NCBI GenBank assembly: GCA_965113315.1
Contig: OZ220371.1
From: Podarcis vaucheri
Lineage: Eukaryota
DNA length: 64,000 bases
Reading direction: 5' to 3' (one strand)
The notes beneath the pieces were generated by a model. The model was not told the origin of the DNA. It ran no database searches and was given only the letters and a program-made list of their open reading frames with translations. This document shows positions 34,987-48,210 of this stretch, piece after piece. How positions within the stretch are numbered: the stretch's first letter is position 1; every line of letters starts with the position of its first letter. Both the position numbers and the translations under genes were made by a program.

Positions 34987-36254
34987 AAACTACTGTCGTG
35001 CTTCTATGAGAATATGTGGATTTTAAGGAAATATACAATATTACTATTACAGTTTATTACCCATTAAAAATTGTTTAAAACAGTTTAAATTACAGGAATA
35101 AGGTGGGTCCTAAAATATTCACATATACTGTATTACATTGTACTTAAAAAATGGAAACCATCAAACAAAACCGGGGGGGGGGGGGAGAGAATTCTGCCAC
35201 GAAAAGCTATGCAAAATGCAGTGGATTTAATAAGCATAAGAGGATGCCAGTCATGCCGGGAAAGAACTCTTAGTGATTCTTCTCAACTCCTTTCCAGTCA
35301 TATAGCATGTGATCAGAAAGCCTGTTCCTTGTTTAAGAGTCCCTTGTGCACAGAACCACATTAGCATTTTATGTTTGGCACTTCTGCACAAACAAATGTT
35401 TGCTCAGACATCAATAGCCATGCCAAGCCACAAGCAGCACATAGCCTCTGGAGCTTTTCTTGGATTGAGAAGGACAAGTCTGTAGATTTCTTGTCTGGAT
35501 AAAATGGTGTACAAAGCCATGCAGAAGAAAAACCAGTTGTATAACCCTGCGGTTTATTCTCAAGTCTCCAGTCAGCTTTGTGGGGGAATCAAGAAATCAG
35601 CTGCTGCTCCCGTCGTGTATTAAGAGTGGTCCAATGGTGTAACTAACCAGGCAAATCAAACTAGCAGGAGAGAACGATCATATCCCCCTCTCTCTCACCG
35701 CCTGCCACACATCTGGCTATTTCGTCTCACAGGGATAGCAGCACTTCCCCAATATCCCTAATTTTATTTATCAAGGTGGTGCACAGCAAAATCACAGAAG
35801 TATCATAAAACTTTAAAATCCAAAACTTTTTAAAATACAGAACAAATGGCCAACAATGAATTCTTAATTGTATAGTGTACCCAAACCAATGTAATGTTAC
35901 CTCTTGCACTGAAAAGGATATTTCAACAGTTTCCTCTGATTAGCAACACACGCCTTAATTGTATGATATAAAATAGAAACATAGCTCCCACGCCCTGGCA
36001 ACCTGGTCTCTTTGCTGCAGCCACAACGATGCCATTCGAAAGGTTGTTTTAGCCAAACACTCTGTTAGAGAATTTAAGGCAAGTGTTTTCACTCTAATAC
36101 TTTATTTAGAAAACTAGTATGAATATCTTTAGGTCACATTACATTCATTAAAGTAACCTTCAATAATTAATAAAAACTACAGGAAAGAGAGGGTGTAACA
36201 AGCTCTCTCTAAGACATCATGCCTAGCATGATAGTAGATGGTGATATTTTTCAT

Positions 36255-36454
36255 NNNNNNNNNNNNNNNNNNNNNNNNNNNNNNNNNNNNNNNNNNNNNN
36301 NNNNNNNNNNNNNNNNNNNNNNNNNNNNNNNNNNNNNNNNNNNNNNNNNNNNNNNNNNNNNNNNNNNNNNNNNNNNNNNNNNNNNNNNNNNNNNNNNNNN
36401 NNNNNNNNNNNNNNNNNNNNNNNNNNNNNNNNNNNNNNNNNNNNNNNNNNNNNN
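36255..36454. other. Assembly gap (200 N) abutting a palindromic MITE
   Basis: Run of N. Confidence 1.
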
Positions 36455-36578
36455 AAACTCGGCCCTCCAGATGTTTTGGGACTACAACTCCCATCATCCC
36501 TAGCTAACAGGACCAGTGGTCAGGGGTGATAGGAATTGTAGTCTCAGAACATCTGGAGGGCGAGTTTGGCTATGCCTG
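36455..36578. mobile_element. Palindromic hAT-like MITE, left end lost in the N gap
   Basis: AAACTCGGCCCTCCAGATGTTTTGGGACTACAACTCCCATCA pairs with TGATAGGAATTGTAGTCTCAGAACATCTGGAGGGCGAGTTT. Degenerate relatives at ~29960-30085 and ~14072-14115. Confidence 0.75.
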
Positions 36579-39500
36579 ATATAATTGTAAAGTACATCAA
36601 AGATCATCTAGTCCAAGCTCTTGCCAATCAGGGATTCTACTACCATAGCATCACTGATAGGTGGTTGTCTAATCTCTCCTTAAAAAAACTATCTATATGC
36701 CAACTGATCATGATGTCTTGGGAGGATCACTCTGTTCAAACACTGTAAAAGGTCTTTTTGTATACTCACTTTTCACACCTAAAACAACATTTTGCTAAAG
36801 GGACAACAATACAGCAAACTGGTTTTCTTTTTAGCCTGTCTTTGTATCACGGGGCTGATTTCTACAGCATCTCACAACAGTTTAAATTAAAAAAAATAAA
36901 TTAAATGTTTTAAAAATGAACAAATTTTAATGAATAAAACCAGCAATCGATTTAAAAACACAATCATTGTAGCTACCTACACAAGAACATTTCTGATTGG
37001 CTGAGGCTTGAAGAGTGGGAACCAGTAATGGCAAAGCCTGAGAAGTAAAATACTGCATCCTGTAATGATGCCTCCTCAACAGATGGGCCGTTATGTCATA
37101 GGAGGCAGGACGGAATATGCAGCAACATGATGTACAAGCAGGAGTGGCTCACTCAGTTGGTCGGGGCCACAGCAAGAACCTCTTGGTGGTGGTACTGCTG
37201 CTGCAGCTTCCTGGGAAAGGGGAGGGTGAAGTGGTGGTGATGTCAGGGCTGTGCACAGGCACCAGCAGAACCAAAGCTGGTTTCTGGCAATCCCAACTTC
37301 CCTTTCACAGTAAGTGATGGCCCTTGCTGGGAGGCTACTGCTGCAGCTCCAACTAACCAAGCAAGCCCCAAGGAAACCATATATTTACTATGCCAGGTTT
37401 GTTGCCACCATCTCTTTCAACTCCTGGTGACAAGTGGGAACCTTTTTTAAAAAGTGTCACAGCCATGTAGGCTGTAGGAAGAATAGAATCATGAATCCCA
37501 ATGCTGAATTTAGTAAACCTTTGTCATTTGCAAAATACGCAGGAACCCAGGTCATGGCTATGTTTGTTTAGAAAGTTCCAGTGAGTTAAATATGATATAG
37601 CTGATGTCTTGCTAGCGTAGGTTAGGGTGCCAGGCAACCAAACAACAACAAACCTCAAAGGGTGAAGGGTTGGATTGGGAAAAACTTATTACACACATTT
37701 TTTAAAAAACTATCTGCCCTAGAGTATAAATAACATACTCTTAAAAACAGTGATCATTAAGCCATGCCAAGACATGTGGGTGTGGGGACTAAATTAGTTC
37801 TCAGTGTGATGCAGAAATCTGCTGAAATTTCCTTTTATCAATCCTGTTTTTTAATCAAGAGCAATGCAAGAACTAGCTAAAGGTTTGGCAGTAGCTGCCT
37901 AAAGCCTTGCTGATGTTCTGATGCCCTTGGAGCATTATTGGCAATCAGTAATCCGATAGCATATATGCACAGTTGACTTATTAACTTAGCATATTTGTAT
38001 GTGAAAATCTTTCAGCTATTATTCTTCATGGCAATAACCCATAGATCTTTTAAGAGGTGATTTAAACAATCAGCTTAGGAAAGAAACAGACATCACTGTT
38101 TGTGTCAGTTATTCCTTGGATGAAATCTTAAAATTGCATTTTTTTTAAAAAAGTTAGCCTTTCCTTTTCAATTTTACTTAGCAATTCCTGAATAAAGCTC
38201 TGAAAAAAGCCTTCTTATGTAAACTATTTTGACTACTGATTATTTCAAGGGTACATTCCTTATTGCCTGTGATGAACAGCATTATTAATGTAGAAACAAA
38301 TTCAGTGTGTTCCACTTTTAGTAGAAGAGTAACACCTTCTATAAGAAAGGATTTTAATTAAAACCAATGTCATTTATTTTTAATCAACTGATTCAAGAAA
38401 ATAAGTAACAAATTGTTTTACAGTAAAAGTATTTGTTAAGTGTAAGCATCCCATGTACCATAGATTACAAGCACCAAGATGCTCTGGCCAGCTTACACCA
38501 AGAGAAAAGTATAATTGGAAAACACTGATCCAATATAATATAGTAGTACAGCTAGAGCTAAAAGTGAAGAAAAACTACTAGAAACACTAATTCCATCCAT
38601 TCCATTAACTACAATTAGTGTTTGCTGTTGCACCTTTTGTAGTTGCTAAAAGAACCCAGAGAAAGGAATATCACTAAACCATCATTAGGTTGTGTGTTAT
38701 CAATGAAGAGCACTTGAGTTAAGAACTTGCTTCCAATTGACTTAATCTTATTTGTTGACCTGGGTTGTGAGTTGCAAAAGCTTTCACCTGGTCTTTTTGT
38801 TGTTTGTTTTGACTGATGATGAGAATAAGGAAGTGTAAATATTTTATTTTTAGTCCCAGGCCGACTTACAATAATATTATTTTGGGGCGGTCTCATAATA
38901 TGGAAGATGTTTTCCAAGCATGGGAGTCGCCTATTAACACAACAGTGTCCTTATACTTCATACTGTAAACTAGCCCTAGTCATCAAAATGCCAGATACAG
39001 GACGGGAAGGGAGTGTTGATAGCTACCTTCCAGTATCCATCTTCAGACATGACTGAATGCACTAGTTACCAACTACAGATATATTTATAATGCTGCTCAC
39101 ACGTCTCACAAATTATCAAATTAACCTCAATGGGACCTAGATACAAATGAATTCTGGACTACATGCATACTTCTCCTATAAAACTGAATATAATTTGATT
39201 GAAGAAGTTATATGGGTGTTTATTCCCTTCATAAAATGTAGTAGAGATAAAATGAAAAGCTAAATACCTATTACGTTTTTTAAAAACCTTAAGAGTGAAA
39301 TCATCAATGGATAATAAATCAGCTCTTGAAAAAAAAAACCCTTACATATAAGAAACAACTGTCACAAACAGCAGTCACTGAAACAAAGTCACTGGTCTCA
39401 CAAGCATACATTAATCTGAAAATTACATTATTAAGTCATGGCAGTTTATCAACTTGCAGTCCTCTTCAACGCCAATTAACAGTGTTACACTGACAACAAT

Positions 39501-39597
39501 GAATACTATAATTAGCAAGGAAATGCTTAAAGATGGCAGATGATGCATTACATAGGCAAACAGTACCAGGAGCCCAGTATTAAGTGATAATCCTCAC

Positions 39598-39732
39598 CTC
39601 TTTGGGGAGCAAGGAAATGAAGTCTCGTTGAAATTGGGGCTCAATCACTTGCATCATATGCTTCACTTGTGTTGGTTCACAACTATCAATCAATTCATCT
39701 AAGGCAAGTAACTTCTCTGGTCCACTCCAGCT
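39598..39732 (-). CDS. FBXW7: FBXW7 common exon 3 (135 nt; SWSGPEKLLALDELIDSCEPTQVKHMMQVIEPQFQRDFISLLPKE, D-domain and F-box start)
   Basis: Hand translation. Acceptor ttcacag, donor GAG|GTGAGG, phase 0-0. Confidence 0.97.
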
Positions 39733-40809
39733 CTGTGAAGTACAAATATATGTTTAGTTTCCACTGTATTGTTTTCATATAGTAATGCATTTCAAAAATG
39801 TAATATTTGAAAATTGCTATGGAATATGCTGGGATGAAAAATTATTGCAATACCACCCAGAATGGTGAAGGGAGTATTCAAATGTGAAACAGGTGTTCAA
39901 CCATACAAATGTTCCTTAGAAAAATAATAAACTTTAAATTAAAAAGGAGAGGGTAAAAAAAATAAATCCAAAACTTAATAGTAGTAACTTCATTTCAGGT
40001 TCATTTGGTTTTGTTTATTGCAAAAAAAAATAACGTTTTTATAGCCATGTGTACATCTGCCACAGTGCAATCTTCCTGATTTCTGGCTCGAAACCAGTGT
40101 TTTGTAAACATAATTTTACATTAGGAAGAAAAGAGGGAATTTTGTTTGGTAATTTTCTTACTTCATATTCCTACTAACGGGCATCATAAAATTTGATGGT
40201 TTTAATAAGGCACTCATCTGCAAACACAGCAGATTAGCAAAACCATTTGCAGAAGAATTAATAACTGAAGATATAGCACGTCTTCTCTCAAACTCATCTG
40301 GGCTCAAAGTTTTGATTCGCTACACAAATGCCATTTATGAAAACCATTTTGGGAGAAACAATATAGAAGGAGCTAACCTATTCTAGAAGACACTTCAGGA
40401 CCACTAAAAGAAGTTAGAAAAGATTGACGAGTTTTGAAGCAAATGACTGTGCTTTTGACAGTATGGAAAGCAAAATGTAATGGAATACATATTCTGTCTA
40501 GCATTATTATCTTATTAGAGCCAAACAGGCTAAATATATTTCAATTCATTTATTTCAATAGGTTCCTTTAAGTATGACTAGATTTGGCTATTGCCCATAA
40601 ATTGTGTCATTCTCTCGCTTATACCGTTAAAATCAAATACCTTATCTTGAATACTAGTAAATAAAACTCCACGCACATTAAGATATGTTAATACAGCATT
40701 ATCCTAAACATTAATTTCCACGTGCTACATATAATTCCAGTTTCTAATTATTCTGCGAATTATGGCTATAAACCTAAACCACTGTCTAGATTAGCAAACT
40801 TCTACTGTA

Positions 40810-41035
40810 CAGTGGTACCTTGGGTTAAGTGCTTAATTTGTTCCGGAGGTCCATTCTTAACCTGAAACTGTTCTTAACCTGAAGCACCACTTTAGCTAAT
40901 GGGGCCTCCTGCTGCCGCCACATCGCTGGAGCACGATTTCTGTTCTCATCCTGAAGCAAAGTTCTTAACCCAAGGTACTATTTCTGGGTTAGCAGAGTCT
41001 GTAAGCTGAAGTGTATGTAACCCGAGGTACCACTG
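40810..41035 (+). mobile_element. Tigger/pogo-like MITE, copy 2
   Basis: TIRs CAGTGGTACCTTGGGTTA / TAACCCGAGGTACCACTG, TA TSD. Confidence 0.9.
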
Positions 41036-42669
41036 TACTTTCATAGGAATGCCTCTCAAAGGCCAAGACTGGTTCCACCAGTGCATCCACACAAAAGTGA
41101 TATCGCCATCGCCTTTCTCTCCTAGTAAGTAGCAGTGACACTAGTGCCAGGAGGCTGTTACTGCACCTCACTGTTTGAGCCACTATATTACTTCATATTG
41201 ATGCATTTATACAACCAAAACTGGCACACAAGACAAAATATTCCCTGAACAATTAACATAGCTATCAAACTCCCAAGCAGAATGTGCAAGAATGGTAAAA
41301 ATGAAATTTCTACATCTGTTTTATGATGAAATGTATATATACCTAACCCAATAGTTGTCATAATTTGCTGTACATTGTCATTTTTACATCACACTGATTA
41401 TGATTGTAATTAATGAGGGATCGGATGAATATGTTGGAAATGGACACAAACTAATCAGAATTAAACAGAAGCACAGAAACTGAAATGGCATCACATGAAA
41501 TAACCTGTGAATTTACCTTTACCTCCTTCATATTACTTTTCAAAGAAAGGTTAAATTCACAGAACCAACATGTCAAAACGGAGGGGGGTGGATCTGACCC
41601 TAGAAACAATCTATAATAGCTGTTAATAATATCTCTTTAATACTACAGAAACTGAGGCAAAATCTGAAAGTATAACAACTATCCTAAGGGTACAATCCTA
41701 TCTTTTCCACAATATAATGCTAAACAGAAAAAAAAAACTATGGAGAAAAATTATATCCCCATAACCTCGGACTTTTAGACAGCAATGTCCATTTATTCAG
41801 CTTTCTAAACTAACTAAAAGGAGTAAGTATAATATAGTTTCATATCAGTTAGAAAGATTTACTCCTGGGACATCGCTCACGTTGTCTTTCATTTTAATGA
41901 ATAAACTGATAATCAATTTAAAAAGCTAAAGAGAAAATGTGTTTCATGCCAAATACAGTTATTTCTGTTGTGGTAAGCAATCTTAGGATAAATATTACTT
42001 TAGTTCAAGTGAAATACAACATATTTGTTTGCAGTGATGTAGCATCTATGTGCTCCTCTGAGTGACATCATATCTCCAAAATTGCTTAGGCTACAGCAGA
42101 CACAGTTGTCACTAAGTGTATAGCCTTTAAAACCAGTAATACTATTTGAAGTAAGAGAAAGTGCAATTGTATGGCTGGTGGGGAAAAATGGTTAATATTG
42201 GTATTTAACTGAGAAGCACTTTTAACCAACCCCATCCTTGCATAGAGTTCTAATATTCAACACCCATTCAAGGCCTGAATTTCTTTTCATACTGCACCAC
42301 TCACAAAACATGCATGTGTACCACTGATAATATTGTTTTGATGCACAGAGAAGCATCATTCCGAAGGTAAGTATTTTATAGTTCATGGTCACACCAAGTA
42401 TTATTTCTTTCTAAGTACTCTGAAGCACCTAACTCCTTGCTACTTTTATTTCCCCTCCATTCTGCTGTATGGAAGAATATCCTAAAGAACAATAATTTAT
42501 ATACTGCAAAAACCAGGTAATCAATCATTAGAATAAACTGTCAGGAGACCACCAGAGACTTTTATGATTCATTGTGATAAGTCATTATGTTGAATAGGGA
42601 CTGATGGGACGGAGTCAAACTCCTTATACAACTACTTCGAGAATTTGGGGATTTACAGTACTTGTATTT

Positions 42670-42747
42670 CATAGAATCATAGAAACATAGAGTTGGAAGG
42701 GACCCTAAGGGTCATCTAGTCCAACGCCCTGCAATGCAGGGATCTTT
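42670..42747 (-). mobile_element. CR1-type/SINE 3' tail fragment
   Basis: CATAGAATCATAGA..GAGTTGGAAGGGACC..GGTCATCTAGTCCAAC..CCTGCAATGCAGG. A similar + strand remnant lies at ~29237-29292 and a CR1-like end at ~36595-36750. Confidence 0.75.
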
Positions 42748-44288
42748 CCTGGGAGGCAATGACTGATTTGTAAAAGCAAATATAAAAAATAATTTAGGAT
42801 AGGGGAAAATTATAAAGTGGTGAGGTGTGTGCTTACAAATCTTTAATCTCTGTACTTAACCATGTATAAGATACAAACAGGCTTGGCACGATAAAGAGTG
42901 GCTGCCTTGGTATTTTAAAAAATGAGTAAGGCTTCATTTGTAGTTAGAAGCATAAGGTACATAAAATGTGAACTAACTGGGATGAAGATCTGCCTTGCAA
43001 ATAAAACTGATACTGAAACATTAAATAGGGAGAATTATGAGGCTCGAATTGATAGATGCTAAAACTAACTTTAATAAAATTGATGTAAAATACAATCCAA
43101 GCATACAGTTTACCATTGGTAAGAAGTGCTCGAACTGTTAAGGCTAAAGCTTTTTTCTTTTCCCTGACCTTCCACTGACTGTGGTCCACTTACTGTGTGT
43201 ACAGAACAACTCCTTCCTGTTCTAACCTCCAGATGCTCCCAAATCTGCTTGATGGTTTTTCCCAACCCGCGGAGCATATTTGGAAGGCATATAGGATACG
43301 ACCTTAAGTCCATCAAACTCTATCTCAATTTATTTCCAAACATTTTTAAAGGGCTAATGTGGTACTAAGCAAATTCAGGTTAAGAATTAAAAGGCACATT
43401 GGCATACTTAACCAAGTTCATTTCTACCAATATTATCTGTACTGTTCAGAGTTTAATCAGAGGTTGTGAGCAAGCATTCTAAAATTTAATCTGTGCTATT
43501 GCAATTTTAAATTGTCTCTTCAGGGATATAATTAAGAAGAGCATTTTGAAGAAATAAAGTGCATATTTTATAAGCATTCTTAGGAAGAAGCAGTGTTTCG
43601 TGAAACCACCGGAACACTAGGGGAAACAGTGTATGAACAGAACACTGACGCTTCCTACACAAGATCCACAACAAACGGATCCTTAAGTGGGAGAAGAGGA
43701 ACTGCATCACATCCAGAGATGTGAACTCAAGAATAATTCAAACTCAAGACACAGGAAGTGATAAATATGCAAAAAGGAAATGGAATTCTGTGACTCAAAT
43801 ACACTAAACAAATTAAAATGCAGGACCAATTATGAAACTCTGCCCCATTTTTCTCCCATCCCACTTGTGCCAAATTTACCCTCCATTTTATTAGTCATGG
43901 GGAGTGGCAGGAAGCTACACTGTCCTCAACCACTAGAATTTACACCCAGCTATTTATTTAGCACCTGAGATTTCATCACATATTACCCACAATGTTTCAG
44001 GCAAATATCGACCTTCTGAAACACCCAAAACTCAGCAACCTGAATTTCCAAGTGCCAGATTTTCCACTCTTTCTGCACACCTGCCAAATCATGGAAGACA
44101 CAAAGTCCTAACAATATTCAATCTTTTTTTTTGCTCTTTAATGTTTATGTCAGAGTTCGCTGTCTATATCTGTGCCTTCTCACGGTTTGTGCGGATATCA
44201 AGCAACATTTACTGCTGCTTATTCTATCCACATGCTAGACCCAAGATAACCTTAATAGTCTAACCATGCTTATGATCACAGTCATTGC

Positions 44289-45362
44289 AAAGTTATGAGA
44301 AAATGAAACATAAAGTACAAAATTGGCTCTAATATCATCAAATAATGGAGTTTTTCAAACAGGATAGGAAAATTGGCTTTCAGGTGGAAAAATCAAAATT
44401 AGAGACTGAATTGTTAGAACCCAATACTAAGAATTTATCAAGAATGTATAACTTGCTGCTGAAATGGAATACACAAGATGAAACAGTTAAATCGGCTATG
44501 ATTAAATGGGCACAGGACATTGGTCATAACATTATGTCTGCGGACTGGGAATGGTTATGGAACACTGGTATCAAATTTACGGCATGTAATGCCTTAAAGG
44601 AAAACATTATGAAAATGGTTTACAGGTGGTACATGACCCCAGTCAAGTTGGCAAAAATTTATCATTCGCCCGATAATAAGTGTTGGAAATGTAAAGAGAC
44701 TGAAGGTACCTTTTATCACCTTTGGTGGACATGCCCGAAGATTAAGGTCTTCTGGGAAATGATTTATAATGAAATGAAAAAGGTACTTAAATGTACTTTC
44801 TTGAAAAAACCAGAGGCTTTTCTCTTGGGCATTGCCGGCCATTTGGTGTCAAAAAGGGATAGAACTTTTTTTATGTATGCTACAACAGCAGCAAGAATAC
44901 TTATCGCAAAGTATTGGAAGACACAAGATCTACCCACTCTGGAAGAATGGCAGACGATGGTGATGGACTACATGACATTGGCTGAGATGACAGGCAGAAT
45001 TCGTGACCAGGGAAAAGAGACGGCGGAAGAAGAATGGAGAAAATTTAAAAGCTATCTTAAGGACTATTATAAACTTGATGAATGTTAGAATGTTGTGGTT
45101 TTCAGGAATAAAGGGATACAGTGATATAAGGTCAGAATAAAGAAAAGACTAAGATGACAGAGGGTGGAAAGGAACAATTGGGAGTTGCTATAAAATTTTG
45201 GACATTGGGATGCAGAAAGGGGGGGTATGGGGGAGTCCCGGAAAAGAGGTTTATGAAAAAAATGTTATGAAATTATACGTGTTTGTATGTCTTTTTAAGT
45301 GTTTGTTTGTTTTTTTTAAAAATTTTGTAAAACCAATAAAAATTTTATAAAAAAAAATATAA
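44289..45362 (+). mobile_element. 5'-truncated L1-clade LINE (ORF2 C-terminus, 3'UTR, A-rich tail) with 18-bp TSD
   Basis: ORF 44345..45088 carries the CCHC knuckle CWKC-x8-HLWWTC and ARILIAKYWK. AATAAA and an A-rich tail lie at ~45335-45362. TSD TATGATCACAGTCATTGC at 44271-44288 and 45363-45380. Confidence 0.92.
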
Positions 45363-46027
45363 TATGATCACAGTCATTGCTTTCCAAAGGTTCATGCTAC
45401 GTATTAACTGGTGGTAATATTTTATGAACAGATCTTGTAGAATAGATCAATGGGATTTTTTTCAGAACATCAGACTGTGGGCATTCATCCCAACAATCCC
45501 TTCAATAATCAAGCCAGGTCTTACTGAAGGTGCAACCCATCCTCCTGGCATCTCTAGAACTGGTACACTTTGAACTCACTCACCCCCATGTTAAAGCTGA
45601 TAGTAAAACTAAACTGCATTGATCTATTGTTAGAAATGATCAGTAGTGGGCTCTGCCACCTACAGAAGTAGGGAGACAAATTCAATGTAGTGCTATGATG
45701 ACTCTTCCTTCAGCAAAAGCATTTCAGCTTGCACGCTCCTCCCAAGTGTGCTGTTCTGGACCCTTCCCTACACAGCCGATCTGGTTAGGGGTGGGAGTGT
45801 GTGGTGGGGAGGAGAGGGGAATGGGGAAAGCCCCATATTGCTAGAGGAAGTCCTTGTGCAGGCTTCCACTAGAAGGACTTGTTTACCGAATCTGGTCTCT
45901 GAGCTTTAGAAAATGTAACTTAATTAATGGTCTTGAATCAGAAGTTGGGATTTATACTTTCACTCCACTTCCAATCACAACCAATTTAACATCAAATTTG
46001 TCTTAATGAGAAATCTACAACTGAATA

Positions 46028-46153
46028 ATGAGACTCTTAATCTCAGGGTTGTGGGTTTGAGCCCCATGTTGGGCAAGAGAGCCCTGCATTGTAGGGGGTT
46101 AGACTAGATGACCCTCATGGTCGCTTCCAACTCTACAATACTATAATTCTATG
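46028..46153 (+). mobile_element. SINE with tRNA-Lys(CTT)-derived head and CR1-like tail (5'-truncated)
   Basis: ATGAGACTCTTAATCTCAGGGTTGTGGGTTTGAGCCCCATGTTGGGC matches the tRNA-Lys 3' two-thirds, followed by CCTGCATTG..GACTAGATGACCC..TTCCAACTCTACAATACTATAATTCTATG. Confidence 0.85.
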
Positions 46154-48068
46154 CCTAAAACAGCTGAAACCAATGGAAAGGTAGATCAGCTTAATTGATG
46201 TTAATTGAAATTCAAATCAGCCTGCTTAAAACAATTGTGAGGATAAAACATTTCTCTGAACTTAAGATGAAAGGCTGGGTTCAAAGGTTTAAATAAGAAC
46301 ATGAATCTAATGGATCTTGAAATGTTCAATACCCTAGTCTAGAAGATGCATTCCTACAATGTAGAGTTGGATCCACTAGCATGAAGCTTCTTCTGCTCTT
46401 AGAAGAGCTGTTTCCAGCTTCGTTGTAGAGTCCTGCTTGAGGAAGTTGTCCCAGTTCAGGAAGTGTGCAAATTCTTGTGTGGGACTTTGAACAAACTCAC
46501 CCCCAAGACCATTCTTAATGGCCCACTAACCTTACTAGGTAGCCTGTAATTTCATTATTCACACTGTAAACATAAGCCCTGATATACTCTGACCCTGCAC
46601 TGTGTGAAGTATTCCACTTCCTCTGCATTAGTGCCATCCCATGAACTCTTGCACATGTTGTCTTACTGCTCATGGGTCTTTGAATCTGGCCCACGTCTAT
46701 TTGTAAAACCCGTATCTTGGCACCGGGTTGCAGCCACTGTTGTGTGAGCGTGATTTCCTTAACACGAGACCGTCTTTTCCATTCTTCTTCCTCAGAGAAA
46801 CCCCACTCTTCCTTTCCATTGAAAGATCTATGTTATGGGCTGGAGAAATTTCAAGTTCCATATGGCATGGGAGCTGGGGTGGGAGGGAGAAATAGCCCTA
46901 AGATCAGGCAGAAGAAACCTGAGGATGTGGCAAGCTGCAAACACAAGAGACATCGGCTCAATTTTGGTCAATTGCCCCTCCCAGTTCAGCTCCCAATGCC
47001 ACGTTCCGGGTCTTTCCCAGATGTCTCCTGGCCCTCAGAAGAGGCTGTAGTGGAAAGAGAAGGTAAAAATGCACTCTCATGCAAGCAGATAGTTATAGCC
47101 AGGCTCACACAGTGTTGGATACAAGCCATTGTGCTGAATATTTGTTTGCTCAACCTATCATGTCACTCCTTCAAATAAAGGATAAAGTTTATTTGATTAC
47201 ATAAATGTATAATTGGGAAAAACAAATGGCTTTCAAATGTTTGTTTTTCAGTAGCAAGCACTGATTTGATGCATCCTGACAATAATTTGCTAACTAAACA
47301 ATATTGACTATGAAGGGCTTTATTAAACAACACATTTTACCCAAAAGATTGCTAGAAAGTTTACTGCTGGAGATATAGTATTCACATTAAATCTAAGAAA
47401 TTGATTGCTGATCATAATGGCAGTAATTTCTAGAGCTGGCTCATTTCTCTTTTTTATAATGTTTCAGAAGTAGTTTTCAGTTTATAGATCTCTATAAACA
47501 TGCTATATTTCTGGTTATTTAATTTAGCTTTGCAGATATATATTAAGTTTGTTTATACTGTGGTGCAGAACTGGAAAGCTGTAGACAGCACGTTAAGTTA
47601 CTACAGTTACATAGCATTAATTTGTACCGGTGAAAACCATTTTATTTTACGGTTTTTAACTCAGTACGCATTTTAGAGTTACGGTATGGAGGGCTCTTTT
47701 CTGTTTCTCATTAAAAACTTTACTATCTTTTAAAGAGATGAAAAAACAATGGGAAAATTCCATTCTCATCCATAATTAAGAGCACTAAAACATAAAACAG
47801 TCTACTCAATATTTTGCTTTCCATTTTTTAAAATTATAATAAATCCCAAGAAAGCCTACCTTTACACACCTCATGTTTAAAAATTATTAGTTCTTTAAAA
47901 CAAGCAAGATATAAAACAAGTTGCATTAGAAAGTACTGTTTGTTATTAAAAAGACTCAGGAAGTGTAGTGATTCGGTACTGTATAACCGGCTACAGTTAT
48001 TCTAACAGAATTCTTTCTCAGTTCACAACAAGCTCTTCAAAATAAGTCAAACTCAATTTTTTTTTCAC

Positions 48069-48210
48069 CTGAAACATTTTCAGCCATTCTTGAAGTCCTG
48101 TTGGCGGCTGGATGGATGTAATCCGGCGCCGTTGCTGTCCTTGACCATTGGCTGCTCTCAGATCTCCAAAAGTAGTAGGTGTTGCTGAGCAAGGCACAAG
48201 CCCAGTAGTG
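48069..48210 (-). CDS. FBXW7: FBXW7 common exon 2 (142 nt; TTGLVPCSATPT...RRRITSIQPPTGLQEWLKMFQ, start of D-domain)
   Basis: Lies in ORF 48018..48251. Acceptor ctccag, donor CAG|GTGAAA. Confidence 0.97.

Noticed and set aside
44345-45088. 247-aa ORF as a host or antisense gene
   Set aside because: It is the L1 ORF2 C-terminus, bounded by TSDs and an A-rich tail.
46717-47178. 153-aa + strand ORF in an intron
   Set aside because: Non-ATG start (TTG), no homology or motif recognised, within chance expectation.
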